DNA of 64,000 bases from NCBI GenBank assembly GCA_977020255.1, contig CDROCS010001419.1:372001-436000 (forward strand), in the 5' to 3' direction. The notes beneath the pieces are model-generated. The model had not been told where the DNA came from and did not search any database. It was given only the letters and a program-made list of their open reading frames with translations. Made by a program: the position numbers and the translations under genes. This DNA comes from Obrimoposthia wandeli (lineage: Eukaryota). This document shows, one piece after another, positions 13,201-28,200 of this stretch (within the stretch, counting starts at the first letter, position 1; every line of letters begins with the position of its first letter).

Positions 13201-16200
13201 CAACATCAACATACCCAAACAACTCGCACCAAAAGCAAATCTCCATTCTACCCTGCTCCTGACTACCTCAAATTACCTACATAAATTCTACATACAACCT
13301 TAATCCGCATTTATCAAACATAACTTATTAATTGCTCTAACTATCTCTGTACTTTGACTTTTTATTCTCGCAACTCTAACTTTACCATCACTGCCTGCCA
13401 TCAATTCGATTACCCTCCCTAACGGCCAAGTTCCTCTTTCATTTTTATTGTCTTTTATTTTTAAGGGATACCTTTTCTCGCACCACCCATTGATGAATTA
13501 CCTCTTCCATCTATCGATTCCACAAATGTTAGTTAAGCTCTTGAATTAACCTCCAACGGCAACTGAGTCCTCTTTTGCTTTCAAATGAGCTATTTGTGAA
13601 ACCTTCACCTATAAGAGAATGGTTGGGATTTAACGCCTCGGGATTACCTTTGTTGTTCTATAACTAATTGGTCTTGAATTATCCAGCTGTTCTATTTCTA
13701 TCAAAATGTGTTTAATTCCTCATCGTTCACCTCCGTATTGTTCAAGATCTTATACATGGCTTGTTTCACAGACTTTACCATAGCTTCGAAAATTCCTCGA
13801 AAATGTGGCGCTCTGGGTGGAATAAACATCCATCTAATCCTGTTTACTACCATTTCATTTTGCAATTTGAGTTCATCAATCTCTAGCTCATCTAAATCAT
13901 TCGCAGCTTCCACAAAATTCTTCCCATTACCTAATATAAATGAATGTGGTCGGCCACGTCTACATATGAATCGTTTTAAGCCCTTACACGTGCGCAGTGT
14001 CCAGGCTGTAGGTTAGTTCCAAAAGAATGGCTCTCGTTTATAAACAAGTAAATAAACAAACATATATCTTCCCCCGTGTTCTTTTTATACCTTGCTTGGT
14101 TAAAAATGGTCCAGCGAAATCTACCTCAACTTTCGAAACGAAAACTGGGCAATGGTGCCATTATTTGAGACATGTGCCTTTCTTTAAATTTGGTACACGC
14201 ATTGGTTTTCTACTTTTCTAAACATTGTCTCACCTTTAGTATCATAAACCGGCGTTGTATTACGTTTAATATATGTTGAACACCCACATAATGTTTGTGT
14301 TTCAAATGTTCCTCGTTGATTAATAGCCAAGTCATCCAACCTTTTCCTGATAAAATTATGGGATATTGCGAATCAAAGTTTAAAAACTGTGCATGAACTA
14401 GTCTGGAATTGGAACGCATAAGTTGAGAATCATCTAAATTTGGGTTCATTTTTAACAGTTTGATTGATCTCTTCACTTTTCCAAACAAATTCAATTATTT
14501 TACTTCATCGTAAAATATTTATTTTAATGTTTCTTGAATACCTTCAATTCACTAAATTCTAATTCTTTCATGCCTAATTCCCCAGTCGTCAGTTTCCACT
14601 AACATTACAATTATTAATATATCGCATAATCCAAGATCGTACTCTCACCAATCTACTAATACTGGAATAAATCTCCACCTGGTAACCATTTGAAACCGAA
14701 GTGATTAACGCTATTATAGGTTTCTTTCTTTCTGCATCATTACTCACCTTTTGAAAACTCAGAGTTGTTGATAATTTTTTCTTTTTTGATGAAAAACATC
14801 TGATCGATGCCACATTATTAGCACATTGAAATGCGTCATAGCCACGAGACAAAATATCAGCTGGATTTTGTTGAGACGGAACATGTCGCCGTTCAGGAAT
14901 TGTGTAGTCTTGTATCCGTCCTACGCCATTAGCCACACAAGTTTTATAGCACCTGCTGGGATTTTTTGTCGACCAAATAACGGTGTCACTGTCACACCAA
15001 AACACAATTACTTTAACGTCCTTCTTCCAAGCGTTTGTTATTTACTTTGCCAATCGAACACCTTTGTATGCCGCTATTAGCTCTAATTGCTTTCTTATTT
15101 TAAAGGTGTAACTTTTGCTTTTGATACAATTAGTTGAACTTCCACTTAATCCAAATTGGTTTCTCGTATATACGCTACGGTTTCATAAGCTTCAATAGAA
15201 GCATCCAAAAATAAATGTATTTTTGAAGCTTTGCCATCTTTTTTATTAAGCAACGTGGAAATTGAACCTTAACTAAGGCCTGACAACCTTTTTTCAACTT
15301 GAAATATCTTCTTTCAAAACGTTACTTAAACTGTCATCCCATCCACTTCCGGACAACCAAATTCGCTACATAATTATCTTAGTCACTACCACCATAGAGC
15401 TTATTAATCCTAAATGATCGAATATTCTGGCCAAAAAAACAAAATAATTTCGTAGGTTATCATTCAAATTTACTGAAAACGTAAAAACATAATGTGTAGC
15501 ATGCCAGCTAAGCCTAAAGTTTTTATTATTACTGAGCCTTCATATTCTATTTAAACGGTGGCTTTCTCTACTTCAATAGTATGATTTACATCGTCATTAT
15601 TGCTAATCCACATTTTCATCACCATTCCAGCTGCTTTCCAAACTTCAGTCAAATCATTTCTCAAACTTATTGATTCTTCCACCGAGTCAACCGAATCTAA
15701 TGTGTCGTCCATATAGGTAGATTCAAGCACTGATTCAGCGACTCTTGGTAAGGTATGCTTAAATTTATAAGCATTTTCTCTTATTATTAACTGTGCTAAA
15801 TTGTGATGGGTTTAATCCAAATACAACTATTTCATATTCATAAATCCACAGTTTCACTTCGTCATTCTTTCACAGAAATCATAACCATCTTCGGTTCTGT
15901 TGATTAACAATTATTTGCAAATACATTTCAGAAACATCGCACACTAGAGCTACCTTTCTCTGTCTGAAACGCAAAGGTCTTTTTGCCAGATTATCTTGTA
16001 GTTTAGGTCAAATTCAATGACATCATTTAGACACATTCCATTTACTTTTGTTATAGTTTCTTTATCCATTCGGACAACTGGAAAATGAGGCAAATATTAC
16101 AAATATATTATTAATGCCATTTTGTATTTCATCCTTTGATTCATCTGTCACCTTTAAATATCCTTTCTCTATTTGGTTATTGATAATTCTTTCATATTCA

Positions 16201-19200
16201 CTCTTCAAAAAGTCATCCTTATTTTGTCGTCTATACAAATCTTCCAATCTATTTAATATAACCATTCTATTTGAGAGTAATTGATCTTTATGTTGTTTTC
16301 ATGGTATTTTTATTGATTATCGCCAATCCGATCACGTAATTGACTGAACCGTTGATTGATATATTTATTTATCGGTTTTATACATAACATATTCTTCATT
16401 TTATCAATTTCCGCAAATCTTTTTAACTGAACATCAAGTTCAGCATTTATTGAAAACATGTGAATGAAATTTGTTTGATTTTGTACAGTTCTGCTAACCT
16501 TTACTTTCCCTACGCATGTCCATCCTAGTGGAGTGAACCTAGCTATTTCTAACGATTTCTCTAATTGACCGTTGGTCAGCACCAAGGAATATATTGACTT
16601 CTCTTACTTTTCCTATCGAAGAAAACCTAATCCCCACCTAAGATGTTTAAATTTCATGCTGCATCAGCCCAATCTACTACATTTAATTCGGCTGCTACTT
16701 GTTTAACTGGCAAAACATTTATAAGTTTACTTACCTGTATATTATAACTTTGAATATTGCAGCTTACCTCCCGACAACTCATTAACTCATTTCTTCCTCT
16801 AATAGTTCCAATAGGTATTGCCTTCATGTGACCTTTTAAATTTAGACAGACAGCAACTAATAAAACTGAATGTACTGACATCATCCAGTAGAGCATTTAT
16901 CGTAACCTCTTTATGGCCTTTACGTATTATGATAGGAATTGTTCTTAGTGCTACTATTTGATTTTTACAACTTGTGTATCTTGTTAAGTGAGATATCTCC
17001 TATTCATCGAAAATTTTCCTAGACTTAAAATCGTTGAAGTAATCCTTGTGTAACTGCGTTTGAAGATACATCCTTTCCTTCGATATCATTTTATGACTAC
17101 AATCTCTAGCACAATGACCTTTTTTTTAACTATTATTACAGTTTAATCCATTTTATTCGTTCTTCTACCTGATTTATCTACCAGTTTAACGTTTCGCACT
17201 GAACAGAATAGTGACTTTTACCGCTTATTAAACACTTTATTCTAATCTGTATTTCATTTGCTTTGATGAAAACGTGTTTCTTTTGCGTCAATTTCATTTG
17301 CTCTACTAAGAAAGGTCTGCTTATAATCACTTTTCCTTTCACATTTTAAAATGTCTTCTGTATTTCTAAAATCTTTCGTTTCTTACTGGGTCCATTTTAA
17401 CAGATTACTACAATTTTCTTCAAAATCTTTAGTTCGTATCCATCAAGTTCAATTTACTATTTTAATTTGTGGTAGCTTTTTTTAAATATTTTGAAATTGA
17501 GACCCATTTTGTAACTCATTTTCTCCATTTAAATGTTTCAATCTGATTATTAATGTTTCGAACATTTCTACAAATCTTTCTAGGATTTTGCTATCACCAC
17601 ATCTTACGGGCTTTAATTTATCGATATTCTCTATCACATTTCTACAACCTCTTTCTACACCAATGTACTTGTTGTCTAATCGTCCAAGAGCTACATCATA
17701 TGATTCTACCGTAAAGTCTAGATTCTCTATTAATCTCAACGGTTCTTTCCCCAAATATTGCTGTATATGTAATAACTTTCGAATTTTTCTGCTGTTACAT
17801 TATTTATTAAGGCGTTAAATGTGGCTTTCCAACTCTCAAATTCATATGCGTTTCTCTTAAAACTAGGAAGCGTCAACTTTTTCAATTGTCCTAGACCTCT
17901 ATCTACTCTTTCAATACTGCTTCGCTAGCCAACCTCTGATAAATGTAATTCCTTTGTAGATATTTCCTCTAAAATTCGTTCTTGCTTCTCATTAAATTCA
18001 TCATATAAGGTATTTATTTCACTGATATCCTTTTCTATCTCTTCCTGTTTATCCTCCATATGTTATACCTCTTCCAACGTTTGAATCTCATTTAATTGTG
18101 ATAACGTTCTTAAAAACAATCTCCGTATCTTTAAATTTTCTCTTTGCTGTTCTCATTTCTTGTTGATCTAATGTCAGTGTTTCTAGTCTTTGTCAACATA
18201 CCTTTCCATATTCGTTTCTGTTTGATTAACTTACTTAACTTAGCTTCGTCCTCCATACATCCACATAATTTTAAAATAATATTAATTTTACTTTATTTAT
18301 TTTTAATTTGACCGTATGGAAGGGGCTTTCCATTCTGTTGTAACCAAAACTGTTTGATATTTATTTTTAATAACTTAGCTATGATGACTTTTAGATCTAA
18401 TTTTATCGTTTTAAAATTGTATTTTATTTTATACTCCTTATATTTCCAGTCTTTCACTGTTATTAATCTATCTAAACTTAATGCTTTATCTTTTTTCTTA
18501 TTATGTATACACTTTCTATTAAATAAGCCTATTTTATAGCCAGACAAACACATCCACTCTAAAGTGCAATATTTGAATCTCAAACCAGGCTAATTGGCCA
18601 ATCCTACAATTAACCCGGCCTGTCAACAAAATGACTCAGAAAAAATGTTGAATAACATTATGAAATGTATAGTAAATTTCATAATGTAGATTTTCAACAA
18701 GGTTTATTAAAAATGTTTAAAATAATTTGTCTTGGCAAAGGCAGAAATGAGCTTTATGAAATGGATGACGATCACAAGGTTAAAAGTCCCGTGAAGTGGA
18801 AGTGGTACATCTTCACACTCCACTTGACTGAGTTGACTACCACTTTCTATTCGATTTCCAGAATTGAGTATGCCGACAGGCTGAGTTGATGGAGGACTAC
18901 AGTAATTATTCACCTATAAGGGGGCCCACCTATAAGGGTGTCCGGTCACCGAAAATTTCACGCTTCACCTATAATAGTACCTTTCCAAGCTTTTAAATAA
19001 TGCATCTATAAGTGATTCGGTGTCGGTCTCTCTCAAAAACATGTTTTAATGAATACCCTTACAGGTGAATAATTACTGTATGTCGTTATCAAGGTATCAG
19101 CTACCTAACGCCATTCAACTCGGAAGACGAAACCGAATTTTTGCTTCTATGGGTGTGTTCTTAGTCTTGTTGCAGTTTCGCGCCATTGTCAGATTGTCCA

Positions 19201-22200
19201 TTTTGTCGAAAGGGCACTTGATGTGATGAAAAAAAAGCGGTACATACACTCGCTTATAAGAAAGCTTAAGAAAATGACTAATTGTAAAATTATACTTTAG
19301 TAAATATGATGAATTTTGAAAATGATGATTAAAATTCTTAGATATTTCCTTAGTTAAATTTATATTTCCGGATAGTTTTCTAAAATACGTTAAGGGAAAA
19401 TAAAATTATCTCTTGATGTTTTTCTAAGTAAGTTTAATAAATGCGGCCCTTAGGTTCAACGTTTTTACGCTATTTTTGAAAGCTGTTGTATGTACAACTG
19501 TCCAAATTAGTGAAACAATAATTTCAAATTCTTTGAAAAAAATATCCCTGCATACTTGAGCATATATAATTTTATTAAGTACTGCAAACGTAATAATAAT
19601 ATTATACAAAACTATAATCAAGTGCTCACCAATATTTTATTAATTTGGACATGTCAGTTTTAAAAATTAGCGACAATATGAAGAAGCAACGAAAAGAACA
19701 TATTGATGATAAATGGAGTTTTCAATTAAATTCCTGAATAAATACCTGTTTAATTTTGACTCATTGTTTTAATTTAATAAAAACATTTGTCTTAAAGATA
19801 CATCCAAAAAATCATGAATTATTACGTATTACTACATTTTAAAAATACGTACAAAGCGTAAAAAATATTTTTAACATAACAATATGTATTTTGGGGTATT
19901 ATTGAACCAAAAGTCATAACATCGAAAATGCGGCAACTTTTCGAATATTCATAACACCAGAAATTTTGATTACATTTTGTGTAAAAAGGTAGAATAGCGG
20001 AAAATATTTTTTAAATCAAGCAAACCAAACCGTATTTCACTATTCTTCAATATAGATTTGATTATTTTCGTTTACTCTTTTTCATTTATAATCAGAAAAA
20101 ATACTGTAATATCGGTGCTACAATAAAAGTTAAATTTTGATCTTAAGAAACTTTGCAATTTACGTTTCGAAGTTATGGAAATGGGAAAAATAACCAGACT
20201 TTCCGGAAGCTGTACATCAGAGATTGTCAAAGAAGAGGAAACTTGTGCTGTGAGCACTTTTTGAACCTGCAATTCTTACATGCTAATGTGCGTCCACTTT
20301 CACAACTTTGTGTTTGTGTATGTTCAGTACTCCTTTTATGATTATAAACTTGCTGCGGCTTGTGAAAATACAAGATCTTTAAACTCAACACCTGATGCAC
20401 TCCAAAGTCAGATAAAATTCATTAGAATACATTGTGCCAGAAAACATTTCAGTCGCTGCTTTTGATGATTATAAATTGACAAAACTCTGCCTTTTTTCAT
20501 AATTAAAATTTGCAAATCGGGGAAAGCACGGTAGGCGTAATGCAACTAAATGATTTATTGTGCAATAAAAATTGGAAATAATCTGGATCAGACGAAACGA
20601 AATCAGCGAAATGGAACATATGCAGTCAATGCTTTGATTTGAATTGTAGTAATGTTGAAAGTTTTTAATTTTGTGCCATTAGAAAAATTGACGTTTTGTA
20701 TAGAATAAAATAATTTTGAAGCAACATCTTTAGTTGTAATTTTATTTCTTGGAAGTTTTTCATGCTTATATGTTATTTTATGGTGTTTGTTTTATTAATT
20801 ACTTCAACGTAATTGCATATATTTTTATTTGATTATCTTCTACTAATAACTGTCACTAGGAAATGTATGGTTTTTACAACTTCATTGTGTCTGCATAAAA
20901 TATATTACAAAAATACTCGAATATGCTTCACACAGTCTGTTATGGTATTAAGGATGAATTTAGACTCTGATCAGCAAAGTCTCACATGGTACAATTGCAA
21001 TAATTTTAAATCTAAACTTATATACAAAAGCTATTTGAAACTTTCTTTCCAATTTTTGAATTTGTTTGTATAATTTATTTAGACACGGAAATAACATCAA
21101 AAATCACAACAATCCGCACCCAATCCAAATCCTCTTATCCGCTTTTGACAATTAGACGGTAAAATAAATGTTAAATTATTACGGAAAATCAGACTGAATC
21201 GCTCTTTCAAGAATTGGAGAAATCTGTAGGAAAACAACATTTATCTGCCTCTCCTTTGGGGATGTTAGTTATTGAGAAGAATAAACAGTTTCCCCCTATA
21301 GTGTCATAGTTAAGTCAATTGACACAGTAAACATCCATTGTCAATAAATTAATAACGGCATGCTGTTACGCATTCCAACATCGCTATCTCACTTCTTTGC
21401 CCCCATTCATGCACTTACTTTCACACGTTCACCTTTTATTTCACTTTCACTTTCTCATTCAATCACTCACTTATAAACTTATTCATCCACCCCTCAGTCA
21501 AATTTACTCACTCAACTCCCACTCATCCAGTTACTTATCCAAGCACTATTTCACGTAGTTAATTACTTATTTATTTATACAAACTTCCTAAAAAAGTTAA
21601 CCACACTGTAAAAAATATCGTGTAAAATTTTATAGAAATCATATTCCACTTACTCAGTTTCATTTGTCCGAGAATTAAGCCTCATACGAATTTTTGTATT
21701 AAACCCTACCTGCATTTTGCAGTTTGTATGAAATTGCTGAAACAGTAAATCGGTTAAACTGGGTTTTAACGAATATTTATAAAAAAACTTTCTGACTTAA
21801 TTCTACTCCATGTAGTCTTCCTAAACACATTTTTATCTCCAAGTCTTATTCTTTTAAAATATTTCATTCTTAGATATATAATGTTTCGAATTGAAATATA
21901 TGCTTTAGATTATGTCATGTAATAAGAATTTTTGGAATAAAGTACTACAGTGACTTTGGAGGGGAAATAACAATGCTTTTTATGCATCTTCATCTCACTA
22001 AAGGCGACGTATTACCAAAATAGTCACCAACGTGATCGGTCTTCATTAGACCAACAGTCCACACTAAACAACAACACCCCACCAATACTCACTACTTTCG
22101 CCTTCCAGAAAGTAGGTTTCATAAGCACTGTTGACCGTTCACCGTAAGCACGCCTAATTATAAATTGTAATGAATCTTCAGTTCGAACCCATGACGAGGG

Positions 22201-25200
22201 GTAAGTCTCCGATTTTTTATACCATTGATCACCATCATAACTAAATGTGTCCCAGGAGTTCGGGGTATCAACGACTAATTCCTGATTTTTGATGCCAAGA
22301 GTGCCAAACAAAACAAAGGAATTCGTGCTAAGCATTATTTTGTATATAAAATTACGTTTAAAGATATTTTCTTTTGAATTTTTGAACTATTTAAAAGGTT
22401 TTTGTAATTCTTATATTTTTAAAATTTAATTTTTAAGATAGCATTTTACAATATTTGAATTAAAAATATAAAATTGATATCATAAAATATATTCAAAATA
22501 TATATTTAAAAATGCTGTTCTAATATAATATTGAAACACATTTTTAAAGTTATAACTAAACATATTTTCATTTTTATACATTCACACAAATGTCGAATAA
22601 ATTAGGAAAAGCTATTTTTCAACAAAAAAAGAAAATTTTATGTAATATTGTGTAACTGTTACACGTACGTGTAAGGTTTACTCAAAAAATTGCTTGTGCG
22701 AGATTTAGATTATGTTATTGCTACTTTATTGTTTTACACCTTTTGTAACTTAGTAGGTTAGATTCAGATATTTACTAAGTTAAAAAATTAATAATTTTAG
22801 CTAATTTGAATTTAGAGTCAATATATAGTTGTCAATATGATTTTGTGATCAATTTTATTATATTTCCCTAAAATTGAAGTCCAAATAAAATCATTTTTTA
22901 AATTTCATCTTTATTATTTAGTTTTATATAATTTAACCTGGTAAATTCAATTCTAACCTACTATATGGCCAGAAATGAGACGATATCCTATCAGCGATAT
23001 GATCTGTAATTGGAATTTAACCTCGATTGTAGGTATTAATTTAGTAAATGTCTCATTTTTAATTGCTAATATAAAATAGGTGTATAGTGAAGCCAGTAAA
23101 ATTCCTTACTTACTCTCACTCACTCACTTACTCACAGTCATTCATATTCCAGTATGTCTTTACTTTTGGCTGAGATTTTGTGTGGTAGGGATGATGGATT
23201 ACAATGCTATATATATATATGTACTGGAAGCGTAGTAGACAAATATAGCAAACTCTTTCTGAGAACTCACTCATTGCCATATACTATATCCTATGACTCT
23301 ACGAAGCAGGAAGAAATCAAAGCGACAGCCAATAATTGAAAATCAAAAATGATATCAATGATATCTAATCACATTATCTCAATTCCTTTAACCTTTTGGT
23401 CTCTTGGAAGATGAAACCAAAAGGGGAAACTGAAGCATTGTACCTTGACTATACAGAAACACAACACTCTACCAGTTAGTATGTATAGTTTTGTTCATCC
23501 AGAAATGTTTTCTCTTTCTTAATCGATTTTATTGAAGATTTTATGTTTATATAATCACCTTATTTGATTCTATTAAACTGTGACATAAACATTTTCTAAT
23601 ATAAAAAAATATAATTGATTAGTACAAGAAAGACGATTGGTTTCTTTCATTTTATATTAATAATGCTAAAATATTTAGATAAACCATGTAATTTTGCAAA
23701 TTCAACATAACCTCAATGCTATTTCAATTTACATTAAGGAAGGTTTACATCAGCGCCCGGGAAAGTCCGGCCCTCGGGCCGGATCCGGCCCGCGGTGTGG
23801 TTTAATCCGGCCCGCGTAAAGTTTTGGATAATGTAATGAAACCACCACTTTCGTTAGTTTTTCAGAGTTACGTAACAGCCAGTTAATCGTAATTTGTTAT
23901 GACGTAAGGTTCAATCCTGTACTGTTGAGTGCGTCAGTCAGTTAGCAGCTGTGACTTAAATTCGGAAGTAAACAGGTTCTCAAAAAATTGTACGAAGTGA
24001 AGAATTAAAATACATTATTTTCCATTATTTTCAAATAATTTTTACCAATGTAAAAATGGCATTCAAGAAACGTAAAGTTGACTCTGAAAATCGTACGTTT
24101 AATGAGGACTGGACAAGAGACTATTTTTTTGTGGAGAACAGAGGAAACATTGTCTGCCTTATATGCACAGAAACGATCGCTGTTGCCAAAGTAAGCAATG
24201 TCAAACGTCATTACATGTCAAAACACTCTTCCAAGTTTGATGAGTGGCAAGGAGAACAAAGAGCTGTGAAAGTCAAAGAACTGAAGGGAAAGCTGTCATC
24301 TCAACAAAATGTGTTTACCAAATCAGAAGGAGAATTCAAAAAATCCACAAAGGCGAGCTACATAGTTTCAGAGATAATTGCAAAGAGGATGAAACCATTC
24401 AGTGACGGAGAGTTTGTGAATTAGTGTGTGAAAGCAGTTTTTGACTCAATGTGCCCAGAGAAAGCTCCTATTTTAAACAGTCTCAGCCTGAGTGCTAGGA
24501 CAATCGGTACGAGGATCGAGGAATTGTCAAAAAATCTCTCTGACCAGTTGCACACAGCAGCCTCTCAGTTTAAAGTGTTTTCCTTGGCACTTGACGAGAG
24601 CACGGACATTTCAGATACTGCTCAGTTGGCCATTTTCGTGCGAGGTGTTGATGATGAGTTCAATATAACTGAGGAACTTCTTGCTCTGTGCCCCATGAAG
24701 GACACTTGTACTGGAAAGGACGTGTTTCAGGAGTGTGATTCAGCAATGAAGAAAGCGAATTTGAATTATGAAAAACTCGTTGGAATTGCCTCAGATGGTG
24801 CACCTGCAATGGTCGGGGAGCAGAAAGGATTTCAAGGCATGTTAAAGAAAGAGCTCCAAACCAGAAACATTCCCCAAACGTTGATATGGTGCCACTGCAT
24901 AATACACCAAGAATCTTTGTGCACGAAGGTCATTGGTTTCCAGGAAATCATGGCTAAAATATTATCAACTGTGAATTTCATCCATGCTCGGGCACTGAAT
25001 CATCGCCAATTCAAAGAACTTTTGGAGGAATTGGCTGCGAATTACAAAGACGTTCTGTACTTTTCTCAAGTGAGATGGCTGAGTAGAGGGCGCACTCTGA
25101 AACGGGTGTGGGAGCTGAGAGAAGAAATTGCACAGTTCATGGAGTCGAAAGGAAGGCCTCTACTGGAATTCTCTGATGAACAGTGGCTCTGCGACTTTGC

Positions 25201-28200
25201 TTTCTTGGTCGACATTACTGAAAAGTTGAATCAATTGAATGTGTCTATGCAGGGAAAGGACAAACTCGTTCACAATCTCTTTGGTGATATCAAGTCGTTT
25301 GAAGCCAAGCTGCTTCTTTGGAAAGGTCAATTGGAGAACAATGTTTTCGATCATTTCCCTTGTCTGAAAGGTCAGAAAGAATTGAAGCCAGAAGGAGGAA
25401 GATACTCCACTGAAATCGAAAAACTCACAGCAGAGTTTTCTCGGCGTTTTCAAGAGTTTCGGGCAAACGAAAATGACTTCAAGATCTTCTCAATGCCTTT
25501 TTCTGTTGATCCAGTGACAGCTCCCACGAATCTGCAGTTAGAATTGATTGATCTGCAGAACAATATGGATTTGAGTGCACAATTCTTGTCAAAACCACTA
25601 GTCGAGTTCTACAAAGACTGTGTCTCTGATGAATCTTCTCCGAACCTTCTTCATCATGCAATGAAAACAGTGACGCTGTTCGGCAGCACTTATCTCTGTG
25701 AGCAATTCTTTTCCAAGTTGAAGTACTGAAAATCGAAGAACAGAAACTCTATTTCAGATGAACATTTGGAAAACACTGAGAATCGCTTCCTCGGGGATGA
25801 AACCAGACATATGCGCTATTATGAATCAGAAGAAGCAGTTCCCATTGACAGGAATTGTACAGTTATACGTGAAATACAGTCTTTTTAGCCCTGTCATGTG
25901 GTTGTTTTAGGGATTTTTTATGAACTGTGGTTTTTTTTTCGCATTTCTGGCCCCGAGCGTTCAAAAAATCTACATTTTGGCCCGCCAAATGAAAAGTTTC
26001 CCGGGCACTGGTTTACATGCTTAGGTTTCATCATTCAAAAAATGTCTATAATTTTAACTCTGATTCGAATTTATTTTTTAAGCGTTTTCAAATGATAAAT
26101 ACACTCTAATTTGTATTTTTAATTATATATATTTTTATAAAATAATTTTAAGTTTAAAGTTAAAAAATAAATTTACGTCATATTCTATTTTTGAAATAAG
26201 GAGTCATTTGAAATTTTAGAAAGGATTCAAAAAGTTTAAAAGTTTGGTATCCTCTGGTTTAGAAAAAGGAAGTTGTCATATTGAAAAAAAGTATTGGGGT
26301 TATACGCCCAGAAAAAAGTGAAATTTCTATTTACTAATGATAATTCATATGAATTTACTTCTCTATAATGTCTCATTTAGTGTATTATTTAAATGTTTTA
26401 TTTATAAAGTGAGTAACTCTCCAATTAAGATAGAAAGTTAAATCTTCATGTTTTCATTGTAAATTACTACTTTATATTCAATTGTATTTAGAAATTATGT
26501 ACTATATATAATTTAATACCCAGATAGTTTGTTCAAAAACTATTTTATTTAAAAATAAGTTGGTTCAAAAATAACCCTTAACCCAAACTAAATTATTTTT
26601 TAAATAAATTTTTTTGTTCCAACTATTTGGGTATCGAAAATGTTAAAGTGACTAAGATTTGCGAACATATGTAGTCGTCGATGTTCAATTTGACCTGTTA
26701 TTTTCTGTTTGATTTGTAGTCAAATGACGATACTTAAATTGACTGCATATAATTAAAATCGATATTCATATTTTGTGCAGTCAATCGTTGTTTCACAAAC
26801 AGGTAGTACAGTCAAATTGCCCTTGAATAGTTGGATATTATGACAAGAACTATGCAGCATAATTTACAATGATTCTGAGACCTTTTTGTGTAGGAACGCC
26901 TTTGCGAGAAATGCACTCCGAAACAGGACCAAGTGTGTGTAGTGTTTGACCTTGGCGGTTTCACAATGTCGAACATGGATTATGCTTTTGTGCGCCAACT
27001 GATGCATCTGTTCACGACCTACTACCCGGAGCGTCTGGGTGTCTGTCTCGTCACCAATGCGCCATACATCTTCCAAGGGTGCTGGCTCATCGTTCGCAGA
27101 TGGTCAGTCATCTCGAAATACTGACATTTTTAATGCCTAATTTTATTTTTAATCGCATCAAACTTTTATTTTATTCAAAATCATAGCAAAAATATTTATA
27201 ATTAAATTATTATTGTATGTGTAGATATCGGATACATTAGTAATATAAAAAGTGTTTCGAAGCCATATCCTCTGGCGATGCGCTTCACACTGAATGGTAG
27301 TAATTTCCAAAGGAGGCATGCGAAAGGAGACATGAGAAGTTTAACTGAAATGTAATTTCCATAACCTATATAAATAAAAATATATGTACATATACTAATT
27401 TTTAGAATATTATAATAAACTATATTAAACAAGCACATCAATCGCATTAGAAATGAATATGTATATACAGGGTAAAACCTTGTTACTATTTCGTTAACAC
27501 GTTTTTTGTCTCATTTTTGTCTTATTAGATTTTTTTCATTTAAAAATGTGCCTTTGATACTTGATTAAATATAGAGGATGTGCCAATATTCGATCTTTCT
27601 CAAAGGGAAGCGTAGTTACATAAACATTGAAAAGCACTACCGTAGGGCGTACTTGGGACAATCTATATTTTTAATTATGTTTTTTTTCATTAAAATAGAC
27701 ACTCAACTTCGAAAGACAACACTTTTAATACCCACTTATGTAGCCTGGTGAGCTACATCTTTGAATTCTCGAGGATGATGAACATGATTAAATAAACTTT
27801 TGTTAAAATCGGTCATGTGTGAGATAAATGAGGATACGTCTTCAGACAGATACCTCATTTTCAAATCTGATTTTCTATCCTACTGAAACTACAGGGTGGT
27901 CCGTAGAAAACCAAAGGATTTAAATAAATTTATTTACATTTATAATAAATGTTCAAAATGTTTTCCTTCATTATCCCGACATGTTTGAAGACGTTTTATC
28001 CATGATGATGTAGCTTTTCGTATGGTATCCAGACTAATATTATCCCAAGCTTGCGTTAAAAATAGTTTGAGTTCATCGATTGTGGAAACCTCTTCGCGTA
28101 CTAACTGCAATTCATGTAGCACTATTCCCCAAATAGCATAGTCCATAACATTTAAGTCTGGACTTTTTGAGGGCCAATCAAGTGGCATAATTAAACTTGG

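Larger units (their letters stand above)
12950..18699 (-). mobile_element. Decayed BEL/Pao LTR retrotransposon (gag, protease, RT, RNase H, integrase; many stops and frameshifts)
   Basis: Gag DUF1759-like block at 17482-17900, RT at 15400-16300, RH (WCDSDTVIW...[15 protein letters not shown]), integrase (YPIIL...H...[30 protein letters not shown]). PPT gaagggggcta abuts the 3' LTR. Direct repeats at both ends; left boundary approximate. Confidence 0.88.

Noticed and set aside
16654-16896. 80-aa ORF in the BEL element
   Set aside because: It is an off-frame product of the frameshifted protease/zinc-knuckle region.
20040-20560. Cys-rich fragments (CCEHF on plus; CKNCRFKKC on minus) suggesting THAP, piggyBac or a nuclear receptor
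   Set aside because: The motifs are too short, conflict between strands and are surrounded by stops.
21604-21952. Possible CACTGTA...TACAGTG-ended MITE
   Set aside because: Only a 7-bp terminal match and no TSD.
25160-25661. Minus-strand ORFs inside the hAT
   Set aside because: They are antisense to the transposase.
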